64,000 nt of DNA from an uncultured delta proteobacterium (lineage in GTDB: Bacteria > Desulfobacterota > Binatia > UBA9968): assembly GCA_963771465.1 (NCBI GenBank), contig CAVYTU010000002.1, positions 1 through 64,000 on the forward strand, given 5' to 3'. The first letter of the stretch is position 1, and each line of letters starts with the position of its first letter. Of this stretch, positions 46,793-57,318 are shown in pieces. The position numbers were made by a program, and so were the translations under genes. The notes under the pieces are model-generated. The model saw nothing but the letters and a program-made list of their open reading frames with translations, was not told where the DNA came from and ran no database searches.

Positions 46793-48418
46793 CTAGATGC
46801 TGATGCGCTCGAGCTTACGCGCACTGATACGATAGTCATAATAGATTCTGGTGAGATAAACCGCCGTGACCACGGTGGTGATGATACCGATGCACAGCGT
46901 CACGGCGAAACCTTTGATCGGCCCGGTGCCGAACTGAAACAGGATGACGCCGGAAAGGAAGGTCGTGACATTGGAATCCAAGATCGCCGGCAGCGCATTC
47001 TGATAGCCCGCCTCGATGGCCGAACGCACCGCTCGGCCCGCTCTAAGCTCTTCCCGAATGCGTTCGTTGATCAAAACGTTGGCGTCAACCGCCATACCGA
47101 CGGTGAGCACGATGCCGGCGATACCCGGCAACGTGAGAACAGCCTGAAAACCGGCCAGCAAGGCGATCATGAAAAAAACATTGAACACGAGCGCGACCAC
47201 GGCGACTAAACCCGCGCCTTTATAATAAGAGATCATGAACAGCACGACGAAGGCGGCGCCGACGATAAACGAAGTGATGCCTTGATTGATCGAGTCTTGG
47301 CCGAGGGACGGACCGACGGTGCGCTCTTCGGCGATCTCCACCGGCGCCGGCAGCGCGCCAGCGCGCAGGACGATCGAGAGATCGCGCGCTTCTTTGATAT
47401 CGAAGTTGCCGGTGATCGATGCCCTGCCGCCGCCGATCCGTTCTTGAATCACCGGGGCGGAATAAACCCGGTTATCGAGCACGATGGCGAGGCGGCGTTT
47501 CACGTTGGCGGCGGTGATCTGTTCGAAGAGCCGGCCGCCGGCGTTGTTCAGAATCAACTCAACCGACGCCCCTGACAATTGCTCCGCCGGTCGCACCCGC
47601 GCGTCTTGAATATATTCGCCCGTCATCAACGCGCGCGCTTCCAGGACATAGGGCTGCTTCTCCGTGCCCGCGCCCTCGCCCCTGCCGGCGTGGCCGTAGA
47701 GCACCTCGCGTCCCGGTGGCGGACCGGTCTTGGCCGCCTCTTCCGCATTCCCCGTGTCGTCGACGAGTTTGAATTCGAGCAGCGCCGTCTTGCCGATAAT
47801 ATCTTTGGCCCGCGCGGGATCTTGGATACCGGGAAGTTGGATCAAGATGTTTGTCAGTCCCTGACGCTGAATGATGGGCTCGCTGACGCCGAACTGGTCG
47901 ATGCGATTGCGGATCGTTTCCAGCGACTGGTCGATGGCATAGTCACGCACCGAACGGAGCTCTTCTTTGCTCAAAGTCAGAAAGAAGTCGGTGCCGGCCG
48001 CGGAAGTTTGCGGCGTCTTCGCTTCCACCAAGTTACCGAAGTCGCCTTTGAGAATGCCGCGTACGCGCTCGGCGTTGGCGCTGGTCGCTTTGACTCGAAT
48101 CAGGGTACCCTCGACGCGTTCCACTGACACATCGGGGACACCCTTTTCCTTGAGGGCGTTAGCCAGGTTAGCCCGTTCCCGCTCAACGTGATTCTCCACC
48201 GCTTTGTCGACTTTTACTTCGAGCACAAGGTGGCTGCCGCCTTGGAGATCGAGTCCCAGGTGGATCTTTTCCCCCGGCAGCCAACTGGGCCACCAATCCG
48301 GCATCGCGTCCTTTGCGTCAGGGCCTTTCGCAGTGAGAAACGTCGGGGTCAAATATAAAAGCGAAAACAGGATCGCAATCAAAAACATCGCCGCCCTTAC
48401 CGAAACCCCTCGTCGCAT
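46793..48418 (-). CDS. secD: Protein translocase subunit SecD
   Basis: LGLDLQGG, RNRIDQFGVSEP, GMAVDANVLINERIREE. Confidence 0.97.
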   Translation of the reverse strand: MRRGVSVRAAMFLIAILFSLLYLTPTFLTAKGPDAKDAMPDWWPSWLPGEKIHLGLDLQGGSHLVLEVKVDKAVENHVERERANLANALKEKGVPDVSVERVEGTLIRVKATSANAERVRGILKGDFGNLVEAKTPQTSAAGTDFFLTLSKEELRSVRDYAIDQSLETIRNRIDQFGVSEPIIQRQGLTNILIQLPGIQDPARAKDIIGKTALLEFKLVDDTGNAEEAAKTGPPPGREVLYGHAGRGEGAGTEKQPYVLEARALMTGEYIQDARVRPAEQLSGASVELILNNAGGRLFEQITAANVKRRLAIVLDNRVYSAPVIQERIGGGRASITGNFDIKEARDLSIVLRAGALPAPVEIAEERTVGPSLGQDSINQGITSFIVGAAFVVLFMISYYKGAGLVAVVALVFNVFFMIALLAGFQAVLTLPGIAGIVLTVGMAVDANVLINERIREELRAGRAVRSAIEAGYQNALPAILDSNVTTFLSGVILFQFGTGPIKGFAVTLCIGIITTVVTAVYLTRIYYDYRISARKLERISI

Positions 48419-48421
48419 GCC

Positions 48422-48757
48422 CTATTCCTTCCCTTCCTTCGCCGGCGTTTTCTCGGCGTTCAATACAATCGCGATCTGCGGCCGGTGTACGCGGATGCGC
48501 ACGTTCGGCGCCACTTCTAAAGTCACCACGGTTTCCTTTAAGTCGACCACCTTACCGTAAATTCCGCCGGAGGTCATCACTTCGTCGTTCTTTTTGAGCT
48601 TGTTGAGCAGTGCTTGGTGATCCTTGGCCTTTTTCTGCTGCGGCCGGATCACCATGAAATACATGATCGCGAAAATTAGAATGAACGGGAATATCGTCAA
48701 CATCGGGCCCGGTCCGCCGACTCCCGGCGCGCTTTGGGCGTAGGCTATGTCGAACAT
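48422..48757 (-). CDS. yajC: Preprotein translocase subunit YajC
   Basis: MYFMVIRPQQKK, VMTSGGIYG; synteny. Confidence 0.95.
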   Translation of the reverse strand: MFDIAYAQSAPGVGGPGPMLTIFPFILIFAIMYFMVIRPQQKKAKDHQALLNKLKKNDEVMTSGGIYGKVVDLKETVVTLEVAPNVRIRVHRPQIAIVLNAEKTPAKEGKE

Positions 48758-48780
48758 GAAACCTCCTGAGAGTTTTTGGC

Positions 48781-49890
48781 TTAAGGATTCGCGTCGGCTT
48801 CGAGCCACTGAGGCCAAAGCTCGGAGCGCCCGGCGCGAATCGCTTCCCGACACTTATCCATGAGCCGATGATAAAAGTAAAGATTGTGCAGGCTATTTAG
48901 TTGCGAAGAAAGAATTTCGCCGGCCAGGTACAGGTGGCGCAGATAGGCGCGGGAAAAATTCTGACAGCAGTAACAGCCGCAGGATGGGTCCAACGGGCGC
49001 GCGTCGTTAGCGAACTCGGCGCGTTTGATATTGATCTTGCCCTGCCAGGTGAACAAGGTGCCGTTGCGCGCGTTGCGCGTCGGAATCACGCAGTCAAACA
49101 TGTCGAAACCGGCGCCCACGGCATTGACAATGTCCTGCGGCCGCCCGACACCCATCAGATAGCGCGGCTTATCTTCGGGTAGCAATTGCGCCGTGAAGCT
49201 GCCGACCGCATTGAGTTGCTCCTCGCCCTCACCCACACCTAAACCGCCGACGGCGAAGCCGTCGAAAGCCATCGGCGCCATCTCGTCAACGCACCAGCGG
49301 CGCAAATCGTCGAACAAACCGCCTTGAATAATGCCGAACATCAGCTGATCGGCTTGGCTGCGCGCATCGAGGCAGCGCTTGGCCCAGCGAATCGTTCGTG
49401 CTGTGGAACTTTGAACATAATCGCGTGCCGCGTCGTGCGCAATGCACTCGTCCAAGATCATCGCGATGTCACTGCCGAGAGCTTCTTGAATCTCCACCGC
49501 CTTTTCCGGCGTCAGCAAATGCGCCGAACCATCGAGATGGGATTGGAAGCGCGCGCCGTCTTCGGTAATTTTGCGCATCGCACCCAGGCTAAACACCTGA
49601 TAGCCACCGCTATCGGTCAGGATCGGCCCGTCCCACGACATGAAGCGATGCAGTCCGCCCAACTGGCGAATCAGTTCATGTCCCGGGCGAAGATAGAGAT
49701 GATAGGTGTTGCCGAGGAGAATCTGACAGCCGAGCTCGCGCAAATCGCGCGGCAACATCGCCTTCACCGTCCCTTGCGTCCCCACCGGCATGAAGCACGG
49801 CGTTTCCACTACCCCATGCGACGTGACCAGGCGGCCGAGGCGCCCTTTCGTTGATGAATCGCGCTTGATAACAGAGAAATGTTTAACCAT
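48781..49890 (-). CDS. tgt: tRNA-guanine transglycosylase
   Basis: FMPVGTQG, LTDSGGYQVFSL, DCVIPTRNAR, CxCxxC. Confidence 0.97.
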   Translation of the reverse strand: MVKHFSVIKRDSSTKGRLGRLVTSHGVVETPCFMPVGTQGTVKAMLPRDLRELGCQILLGNTYHLYLRPGHELIRQLGGLHRFMSWDGPILTDSGGYQVFSLGAMRKITEDGARFQSHLDGSAHLLTPEKAVEIQEALGSDIAMILDECIAHDAARDYVQSSTARTIRWAKRCLDARSQADQLMFGIIQGGLFDDLRRWCVDEMAPMAFDGFAVGGLGVGEGEEQLNAVGSFTAQLLPEDKPRYLMGVGRPQDIVNAVGAGFDMFDCVIPTRNARNGTLFTWQGKINIKRAEFANDARPLDPSCGCYCCQNFSRAYLRHLYLAGEILSSQLNSLHNLYFYHRLMDKCREAIRAGRSELWPQWLEADANP

Positions 49891-49895
49891 GGACC

Positions 49896-50029
49896 AATTT
49901 TGGATTTTGGATTAAAGATTTTGGATTAGGGAACAACCGATTCGCGAACGTACTATAACCTGCGGCATCGACTCCGAATCCGACAATCCAAAATCCAAAA
50001 GCGGCCCCGCAGACGCGAATCCAAAATTT
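49896..50029. repeat. Inverted arrays of AATCCAA heptamer repeats
   Basis: ttttggattttggatt... facing ...aatccaaaatccaaaa. Confidence 0.7.
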
Positions 50030-51069
50030 CATAGAATTAGCATCGCATCGCCGTAACTGTAAAACCGATAGCGCCGCTCGATCGCTTCTTGGTATGCCCG
50101 CCGGACAAGATCGAGTCCGGCGAACGCGGCGAGCAAAATCAGCGGCGTCGAACCGGGTAGATGAAAGTTCGTAATCAACGCGTCGAGGACACGAAATGAA
50201 TCGCCGGGCCGAAGGTAAAGCCGCGCGATGCCCTCGTCGGCAACGACCTTTCCCTTTTGCCGCGCGATCCATTCCAGCGTGCGCGTGCTCGTCGATCCGA
50301 CGGCGACGACGCGCCGGCCCGCCGCTTTTGTCGCATTGATCTTTGCCGCGGTCGCCGCGTTAAGGCTATATCGTTCGCCTTCCATGCGATGATTTTCAAT
50401 TTCATTGTGACGCACAGGCTGGAAAGTACCCGCGCCGACGTGCAGCGTCAACATTGCGCGCTCGATTCCCTTGGCGGATAATTTTGCGAACAATTCCGGG
50501 GTAAAATGAAAACCCGCGGTGGGTGCCGCGATGGCGCCTGGATGAGCCGCGTAGACGGTCTGATAACGCTCACGGTCGAGCGCCTCGGTTTCCCGCTGGC
50601 GCCGCACGTAGGGCGGCAACGGCGGTTGGCCGAGCATGTCCAATTGCGCGTTGAACTCGCCGTCGTGATGAAACTCAAGACCAAAGCGGCCGTGGCCGAT
50701 ATCGCCGATCACTTCGGCGCTCATGTTGCTGGCAAAATAAAGCAGGCTGCCGACCCGCGGTTTCTTCGCGCCATCGACTAACGCCAGCCAGAGGCTTCGG
50801 CCTTCATCGGCAAAGCGTTCGAGCAACAGCACCTCAACTTTGCCGCCGCTGTCTTTGCTGCCGATGAGCCGAGCCGGAAAAACTTTGGTATCGTTCAGCA
50901 CCAACAAATCGCCGGCGTCGAGAAAGTTGCCCAAGTCCGAAAACACGCTGTGAATGATCTCTTCCGTGCCGCGCCGGATCACTAATAAGCGCGAGCCTTC
51001 CCGCTCCCGGCTCGGAAACGCCGCGATCAAAGAGTCAGGCAGTTCGTAATTGAATTCCGTGAGGTTCAT
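50029..51069 (-). CDS. queA: S-adenosylmethionine:tRNA ribosyltransferase-isomerase
   Basis: LVLNDTKV, PLPPY, AAPTAG, TNFHLP, YRFYSYGDAM. Confidence 0.97.
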   Translation of the reverse strand: MNLTEFNYELPDSLIAAFPSREREGSRLLVIRRGTEEIIHSVFSDLGNFLDAGDLLVLNDTKVFPARLIGSKDSGGKVEVLLLERFADEGRSLWLALVDGAKKPRVGSLLYFASNMSAEVIGDIGHGRFGLEFHHDGEFNAQLDMLGQPPLPPYVRRQRETEALDRERYQTVYAAHPGAIAAPTAGFHFTPELFAKLSAKGIERAMLTLHVGAGTFQPVRHNEIENHRMEGERYSLNAATAAKINATKAAGRRVVAVGSTSTRTLEWIARQKGKVVADEGIARLYLRPGDSFRVLDALITNFHLPGSTPLILLAAFAGLDLVRRAYQEAIERRYRFYSYGDAMLIL

Positions 51070-51081
51070 GGCTGACAAAAA

Positions 51082-51109
51082 GTAGGGGCGCAGCCTGCTG
51101 CGCCCCTAC
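51082..51109. repeat. REP-like GTAG...CTAC palindrome
   Basis: GTAGGGGCGCAGC-CT-GCTGCGCCCCTAC. Confidence 0.7.
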
Positions 51110-51164
51110 CCGTTGCAATTTTTTGCGAATGCGAATTGCGGCTTGGCTGCGGGCTAATCGATGA

Positions 51165-51917
51165 CTAAGTGTCCTTTTTTAAGAACGGCGTCAAATAATC
51201 GATCGGCACCGGAAAGATCGTCGTTGAGTTTTTCTCCGAAGCTATTTCGACCAAACTCTGAAGGTAACGGAGCTGCAAAGCCATCGGTTGTGAAGCCATC
51301 ACTCCGGCGGCATCCGCGAGCCTCTGCGAAGCTTGGAATTCACCCTCGGCATGGATGACTTTGGCGCGCCTTTCGCGCTCCGCCTCAGCCTGTTTGGCCA
51401 TGGCGCGCTGCATCTCCTGGGGCAAATCGATGTGCTTTAACTCTACCAGCACAACCTTGATTCCCCACGGGTCGGTCTGCTTATCCAAGATATCCTGAAT
51501 GCGGGTGTTGATCTTTTCCCGCTCGGCTAGTAGCTCATCTAATTCGCCCTGACCGCACACGCTACGCAAGGTCACTTGAGCGAGTTGGGAAGTCGCGAAA
51601 AGATAATTCTCCACTTCCCTGACCGCCAGATTGGGATCGAGCACCCTGAAATAGAGCACGGCGTTGACCTTCACCGAAACGTTATCACGGGTGATCACAT
51701 CCTGCGGCGGGATGTCCATCGTCACCGTGCGCAAATCCATCTTCACCATCTTTTCGATGCCCGGAATGACGTAAACCATGCCCGGTCCGCGCGCCCCGAC
51801 CATGCGCCCAAGGCGAAAGACGACGCCCCGCTCATACTCTTTGATAATCTTGATGCCGCTGACGATCGCGGCTACCGCAATTATCAGAAATGTAAACGGC
51901 ACCCCAAGTCCAAACAT
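51165..51917 (-). CDS. SPFH/slipin (stomatin-like) protein
   Basis: [38 protein letters not shown]. Confidence 0.95.
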   Translation of the reverse strand: MFGLGVPFTFLIIAVAAIVSGIKIIKEYERGVVFRLGRMVGARGPGMVYVIPGIEKMVKMDLRTVTMDIPPQDVITRDNVSVKVNAVLYFRVLDPNLAVREVENYLFATSQLAQVTLRSVCGQGELDELLAEREKINTRIQDILDKQTDPWGIKVVLVELKHIDLPQEMQRAMAKQAEAERERRAKVIHAEGEFQASQRLADAAGVMASQPMALQLRYLQSLVEIASEKNSTTIFPVPIDYLTPFLKKDT

Positions 51918-51943
51918 TGCTGCCTCCTAATGATCGAGAGAGA

Positions 51944-53245
51944 TCAACTTTTGGAAGAACGTCTCACTTTAAGCCGCATCCCTTGGTAGCCGATGACCTC
52001 GACGTTCTCACCCACGTCAATCTCAGAATCGGCTTCCGCGTTCCAATATTCTCCGTGGACAAAAATCTTGCCCGCCGGTTCAAGTTTTCCGCGGACTTCG
52101 CCAATCTCTCCGACCAGTCCGTCCATGCCCATCGTCGGCGTCAATTTTTGCGATTTAAAAACTAGATAGCTGAGCGTCAGCATAATCGCTCCCACCGTGG
52201 CCACCGCGGTGAAAATAATCGAGCGGTCCACCGCCAGATCGGAGCTTTCCGTGTCGAACAGAAAGAGCGAGCCCAAAGCTAAGGAAATAATTCCGCCGAC
52301 ACCCAATACCCCGAAACTCGGCAGAAACGCCTCGGCGACGATCAACGCGATACCCAACGCGATCAGGGCCAACCCAGCGTAGTTGAGCGGCAACAACTGA
52401 AACGACGCTAACGCCAGCAGCAGGCAAATCGCGCCAGCGACGCCGGGAAAAACCACGCCGGGATGAGAGAACTCCATGTAGAGACCGAGCAGCCCCGCCA
52501 TCATCAGCAGATAGGCGATGTTGGGGTCGGCCAGGGTGTTGAGAATCTTTTGTTTTAGACTCATCTCATGACGGTCGATCTTCACGTCTTTGAGCGCCAG
52601 CACATGCGGTTTGCCGTCAAGATCGACCTTGCGGCCGTCGGCCTGCCTGAGCAAATCGTCAATATCTTTGGCGACGATATCGATGACGTTTTTCTTGAGC
52701 GCTTCGCTCTCGGTGATCGCCACGCTTTTGCGCACCGCTTCGATCGCCCACTCGGCGTTGCGGCCGCGTTTTTGCGCGATGCTTTCGCTAAACGACGCGG
52801 TGAAGTTTTCGATCTTCTCGCCCATCACGCCTTTGACTTCCTGGCCGCCGCCGGCAACGGGATGGGCCGCGCCGATGTTGGTGCCCGGCGCCATCGACGC
52901 CACGTGCGCCGCCATCGTGATAAACACTCCCGCCGAGCCCGCACCGGCGCCGCTTGGTCCGACCCAAATCATCACGGGAACTTGCGCGCCGAGCATTTCT
53001 TTAACGATGGTGCGCGTGGAACTGAGCAATCCGCCCGGCGTATCCATCTGAATGACCAGCGCGCGTGCACCGTTCGACTTGGCGCGGGCGATTCCCTCGC
53101 GAATGTAGTCATCGACGGCGGGGTTGATGCTGCCGTCGATGGCGATCATGTCGACATGCGGCGCAGCCGCGTCCTTTGCCTGAGCCCAAGCAGCCGAGGC
53201 GGCGGCGCAGAGAGAAATCAGCAATAGCAGTTTAAGTATTTTCAC
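51944..53245 (-). CDS. nfeD: NfeD membrane serine protease
   Basis: MDTPGG, SAG, PGTNIGAAHPV, C-terminal GEYWNA; paired with slipin. Confidence 0.93.
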   Translation of the reverse strand: MKILKLLLLISLCAAASAAWAQAKDAAAPHVDMIAIDGSINPAVDDYIREGIARAKSNGARALVIQMDTPGGLLSSTRTIVKEMLGAQVPVMIWVGPSGAGAGSAGVFITMAAHVASMAPGTNIGAAHPVAGGGQEVKGVMGEKIENFTASFSESIAQKRGRNAEWAIEAVRKSVAITESEALKKNVIDIVAKDIDDLLRQADGRKVDLDGKPHVLALKDVKIDRHEMSLKQKILNTLADPNIAYLLMMAGLLGLYMEFSHPGVVFPGVAGAICLLLALASFQLLPLNYAGLALIALGIALIVAEAFLPSFGVLGVGGIISLALGSLFLFDTESSDLAVDRSIIFTAVATVGAIMLTLSYLVFKSQKLTPTMGMDGLVGEIGEVRGKLEPAGKIFVHGEYWNAEADSEIDVGENVEVIGYQGMRLKVRRSSKS

Positions 53246-53993
53246 CGCTGAGCTCTTTGATCACTTGCTTGATATCTTCCCAAACCAATTTCTTGTCCGC
53301 CGGATTACGCAGCAAATAAGCCGGATGAAAGGTCGGCATAAGTTTAATGCCGTGATAGCTATGCCAGTTGCCGCGCAGCTTGGAGATCGGCACATTGCTC
53401 TTAAGCAATGTCTGCACGGCGAATTTGCCCAAGCCAACGATGATCTCCGGCCGCACTAACTCGATCTGTTTCTTGAGGAATGGCTCGCAGGCTGCAACTT
53501 CGTCCGGCTCCGGATTGCGATTTTCCGGCGGCCGGCATTTCACCACGTTGCAAATATAAACGTCTTCCCGTTTGATGCCGATTCCCTTGGTAATAATATC
53601 GGTCAAGAGCTGCCCGGCCCGGCCGACAAACGGCTCGCCTTGCAGATCTTCGTCGCGTCCCGGCCCTTCACCGACAAACATTAGCTTGGCGCGCGGATTA
53701 CCAACACCGAATACGATATGGGTTCTTGCCGAACAAAGTTTACAGCGCTGGCAGTCGCCGATGGCGGCGCGTAGTTCTTCGAGAGAATTGGTTTGCGTGC
53801 CCGCTGGAGTGCCGGCAAACAAATCGGCCGCCGCGCTAGCGAACAAGCTGTCATTTTTGATGTTCACGGCTTTCGCTTGTGGCGGATCAGCTTTAGGCGA
53901 AAAACGAATGCCGGCGCGCCGGCGCCGTTCGAGATGGCGCTTGAGCGTTGTCGCGAGCGCCGCCAACTCGTCCGCATCACTGACTTCCGACAT
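53232..53993 (-). CDS. Uracil-DNA glycosylase family 4
   Basis: CQRC, VGEGPG, PFVGRAG, KCRPP, HPAYLLR. Confidence 0.93.
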   Translation of the reverse strand: MSEVSDADELAALATTLKRHLERRRRAGIRFSPKADPPQAKAVNIKNDSLFASAAADLFAGTPAGTQTNSLEELRAAIGDCQRCKLCSARTHIVFGVGNPRAKLMFVGEGPGRDEDLQGEPFVGRAGQLLTDIITKGIGIKREDVYICNVVKCRPPENRNPEPDEVAACEPFLKKQIELVRPEIIVGLGKFAVQTLLKSNVPISKLRGNWHSYHGIKLMPTFHPAYLLRNPADKKLVWEDIKQVIKELSGENT

Positions 53994-54276
53994 TAGCCCA
54001 ACCTTTCATGGGCGGATCGTACCACCCGACCGCGAGAGGAAGCAATAACGTTCTGCCAAGAAAAGTGACCCTTGATCCCGGATTCGGCAGTTGAAGTAAT
54101 TGCCTGCGCAGAGCGACGCGCGAGCCTGGAGTAGTGAAGACACCCGATGCTGCAGTTGCAAAGTCATTTTGCCTGTTGGCAAGCCGTTCCAATGGCTACC
54201 GGGGATTGCTCGCTCGGGAACGATGTCGGTTGCCTGCTCAAAGGCACAGGCCCATTGTCTTCAGGTTGATATGCGG

Positions 54277-54813
54277 TCAGCCGATTTTGCGCAGTGCTTC
54301 GATATAGGCGGCGCGCAAACGCTGCAAAAACTCCAACGTCTCAGGCCAGAGATAATCGGCATAAGTGTAGGGCAAGCCATGAAAGCCGCCGTCGTGATAC
54401 ATCAGTGTCGCTTCGCCGTAGATGCCGCCGTTGAGATAGATCCGTTGACTGGCATTTTTCGTCGAAGCGAGCACGACTTTGAAGGCGTCTACATACCCCG
54501 GGTCAAGATTCACCCGCCGCCCCTTGAAAGTCACAGCGCGGTAGCGCTGTTCAATTTGTTGGGTTCGCAGTTTTATTGCGGCAAGCTCAGCCGGCGCGCG
54601 TAAACTTGCGAAAGACAGGAATCCGCGCCACAAACTCGGTCCCATTTCCTGCTCATAAAACTTCGAAGCCGTCCAAGGGAGCAATTCACCGCGGTCATCG
54701 ACGGCGCCCAAGAGTTCGGTCAAATCGTTTTCAACGGCAGTGAGAAGCTCGGCATCCGACAAAAGCAGCGCGACGAAATATTTCGCCGGCTTGGGCTCCT
54801 GAGGCGTGCCCAT
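54277..54813 (-). CDS. DUF4416 family protein
   Basis: YEQEMG, RRVNLDPGY, VLASTK, RIYL..GIY.E, YADY. Confidence 0.8.
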   Translation of the reverse strand: MGTPQEPKPAKYFVALLLSDAELLTAVENDLTELLGAVDDRGELLPWTASKFYEQEMGPSLWRGFLSFASLRAPAELAAIKLRTQQIEQRYRAVTFKGRRVNLDPGYVDAFKVVLASTKNASQRIYLNGGIYGEATLMYHDGGFHGLPYTYADYLWPETLEFLQRLRAAYIEALRKIG

Positions 54814-54814
54814 G

Positions 54815-56020
54815 TCAGCGCGGTTTTTTCAATTCGAGGAAGTGATCGAAAATGCGATCGGCGAGCTCGTCTTTACTCATCAGCGGCAGCGCGCGGGACG
54901 CGCCGGTGCGATCGAGAATCGTCGCGATGTTGGTGTCGCCGTCAAAGCCGCTGCCTTCTTGAGCGATATCGTTAGCGACAATCATATCGAGATTTTTCTC
55001 GCTCAGTTTTTTGGCCGCGTTGGCGCTCAACTCTTCGGTTTCCGCGGCGAAACCGATTAACCACTTGCCGTCCTTAGCGGCGCCGAGGTCTTTTAGGATA
55101 TCGGGATTGGGTTCGAGCCTGATATCGATGGGAACTTTGCCGCGTTTGATCTTTTTCTTCGCGCTCGAAACCGGACGGTAGTCAGAAACCGCCGCAGCCA
55201 TGATGACCGCCGTCGAAGCGGGAAATTCTCTCAACACTGCGGCGCGCATTTCTGCCGCGGTAGTCACCTGAATCGTGCGCGCACCTGCCGGGGTTTCGAG
55301 CGCCGTCGGGCCGCTAACCAATGCGACTTCGGCGCCACGGCGCAGCGCCGCCCGGGTCAAGGCATAGCCCATTTTTCCCGACGAACGATTGGAAATATAA
55401 CGCACCGGATCGAGCGGCTCGCGATTAGGCCCGGCCGTGATCAAAAACCGTTCGCCAGCCAAATCCTTGGGCTTAAGTAATCGATGGATTTCTTCAGCGA
55501 TCGTCTCTGGATCGGGCAAACGACCTTTGCCTTCGTAGCCGCAAGCGAGAAAACCCTCCGCCGGCTCCAGCAGGTGATAACCGACTCGGCGCAGTTTACG
55601 GAGATTTTCCTGCAAGATCGGATTTTCATACATGTGAATATTCATCGCCGGCGCGAACAGCACCGGCGCTTGGGTGGCCATGAGCACGGTAGTCAATAAA
55701 TCGTCGGCGATGCCATTGGCGACTTTGCCGATGATGTTGGCCGTCGCCGGCGCGATCACAAACAAATCCGCCGAATCAGCCAAGTTGATATGGCCGATCT
55801 CCGACTCTTGCGTCAGGCTGAAAGTCTCCGTGGCCACCGGATGACCGGATAGCGTTTGAAACGTCAGCGGCGTGACAAACTCCATGGCGCTCCGAGTCAT
55901 GATCACTTGCACGGAGTAGTTCGCTTTGACTAAGAGGCGCACTAATTCCACCGCTTTATAACAGGCGATGCCGCCGCTAACCCCGAGCATGATTTTCGAC
56001 TGCGTGCGATCAGTAGGCAT
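54815..56020 (-). CDS. coaBC: Phosphopantothenoylcysteine decarboxylase/ligase
   Basis: GGIACYK, APATAN, PAMN, DPVRYISNRSSGKMG, GFAAET. Confidence 0.97.
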   Translation of the reverse strand: MPTDRTQSKIMLGVSGGIACYKAVELVRLLVKANYSVQVIMTRSAMEFVTPLTFQTLSGHPVATETFSLTQESEIGHINLADSADLFVIAPATANIIGKVANGIADDLLTTVLMATQAPVLFAPAMNIHMYENPILQENLRKLRRVGYHLLEPAEGFLACGYEGKGRLPDPETIAEEIHRLLKPKDLAGERFLITAGPNREPLDPVRYISNRSSGKMGYALTRAALRRGAEVALVSGPTALETPAGARTIQVTTAAEMRAAVLREFPASTAVIMAAAVSDYRPVSSAKKKIKRGKVPIDIRLEPNPDILKDLGAAKDGKWLIGFAAETEELSANAAKKLSEKNLDMIVANDIAQEGSGFDGDTNIATILDRTGASRALPLMSKDELADRIFDHFLELKKPR

Positions 56021-56230
56021 GCTGCAAAAATACCCGATCCCAGATGGGGGTGCAAACTTTTGTTGGGACGCGGCGTTTCGGGCCGGCGAATGCCACATTG
56101 CTACGAAGTTGACACGGGAGTAACTTTTTGTCACCCCTAATCATCCAACGGTTCTATCTTCGCTTGTGACTTAACGACAGAAATCGCCACTTTTGGCCGC
56201 CATTCCGTCAAAACTTCGATTCAACGCGGC

Positions 56231-56246
56231 TGGCACAGATTTCGCT
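56231..56246 (+). promoter_or_regulatory. sigma54-like promoter upstream of mlaA
   Basis: TGGCACAGATTTCGCT, GG-N10-GC. Confidence 0.5.
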
Positions 56247-56339
56247 CCTCAGGCGACTTAGCCGTTCGATTCAGCACAAATTATCGCTGCGGCGTGACCT
56301 GAGACTTGACCGCTATTCGGACTTCGTATAACAACCAAG

Positions 56340-57194
56340 ATGAAAAGGGAGACAGTGATGAAAAGAAACTTTGGGTATCGCAAGTGTTTTTGCGCCATGG
56401 CAAGCATGTTGGCCATTGGCCTAGTCGCCATCCTCGCCAGCAGCCCTGCTTTCGCTGAGGAAACTTCAATGGACAACCAAACAGTCACGGCGGCTGTCGA
56501 GTCGCTTACCGACAACGTCGAAATGCCATCGCCTGGTTACACCGAGCCAACGGAACTCGCAACCGCGGCCACAGCTCCGGGCGAAGACTTCGAGGACGAT
56601 CCCTGGGAAGGCTTCAACGAGAAGATGTTTAGTTTCAACCGCGAAGTGCTTGATCGGTTTTTGCTAAAGCCCATCGCCACAGGGTGGGATTTTATTTTTC
56701 CCGATATGATGCAACGTGGCTTCCGCAATATGTTCGACAACATCGATGTCGTCCGCCGCGTGGTTAACAACGGCTTACAATTGAAGCTAACCGGCGCGGC
56801 TACCGAATTGGCTCGATTCACGATCAACAGCACCATCGGCGTGGTAGGCTTTTTCGACGTTGCCAAAGACGCTTTCGGCATCGAACAGCGAGACGAAGAC
56901 ACCGGACAGACCTTCGGCGTCTGGGGCGCGGGGCCGGGTCCCTATTTGATCTTGCCCTTCCTGCCGCCGGCGACCGTACGTGACGGTATTGGGTATTTGT
57001 TCGACGGGGCAATGTTTCCGCCCTCTTATTTCATTCCTTGGTGGGGCACCATCGCCGCAACATTTACTGAGACCGTCAACGAGCGGTCGTTAAACCTCGA
57101 CCGCTTCGAAAGGGTGGCCGAGTCGACAGTTGACCTTTACGGGGCCGTGCGTAACGCCTACCTGCAACGGCGCGCAGCGGCGATCAAGCAGTAG
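56340..57194 (+). CDS. mlaA: VacJ/MlaA family protein
   Basis: DPWEGFNEKMFSFN, RFTINSTIG, EDTGQTFGVWG.GPGPYL. Confidence 0.9.
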   Translation: MKRETVMKRNFGYRKCFCAMASMLAIGLVAILASSPAFAEETSMDNQTVTAAVESLTDNVEMPSPGYTEPTELATAATAPGEDFEDDPWEGFNEKMFSFNREVLDRFLLKPIATGWDFIFPDMMQRGFRNMFDNIDVVRRVVNNGLQLKLTGAATELARFTINSTIGVVGFFDVAKDAFGIEQRDEDTGQTFGVWGAGPGPYLILPFLPPATVRDGIGYLFDGAMFPPSYFIPWWGTIAATFTETVNERSLNLDRFERVAESTVDLYGAVRNAYLQRRAAAIKQ

Positions 57195-57224
57195 AACCCG
57201 AGAGCCGAAACTTTTCACCTCAAC

Positions 57225-57258
57225 AACGCGGAAGGTTGGCAACGACCTTCCGCGTTTT
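57225..57258 (+). terminator. Intrinsic terminator after mlaA
   Basis: aacgcggaaggt...accttccgcgtttt. Confidence 0.7.
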
Positions 57259-57318
57259 CATTTGCGGCTTCGAACCCGCGGTCATTCATTCGTTTCAGCC
57301 TTCCGTCTGACGCATGAA

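Noticed and set aside
53995-54276. ncRNA in the spacer between the UDG and DUF4416 genes
   Set aside because: No recognisable motif or convincing long stems by eye
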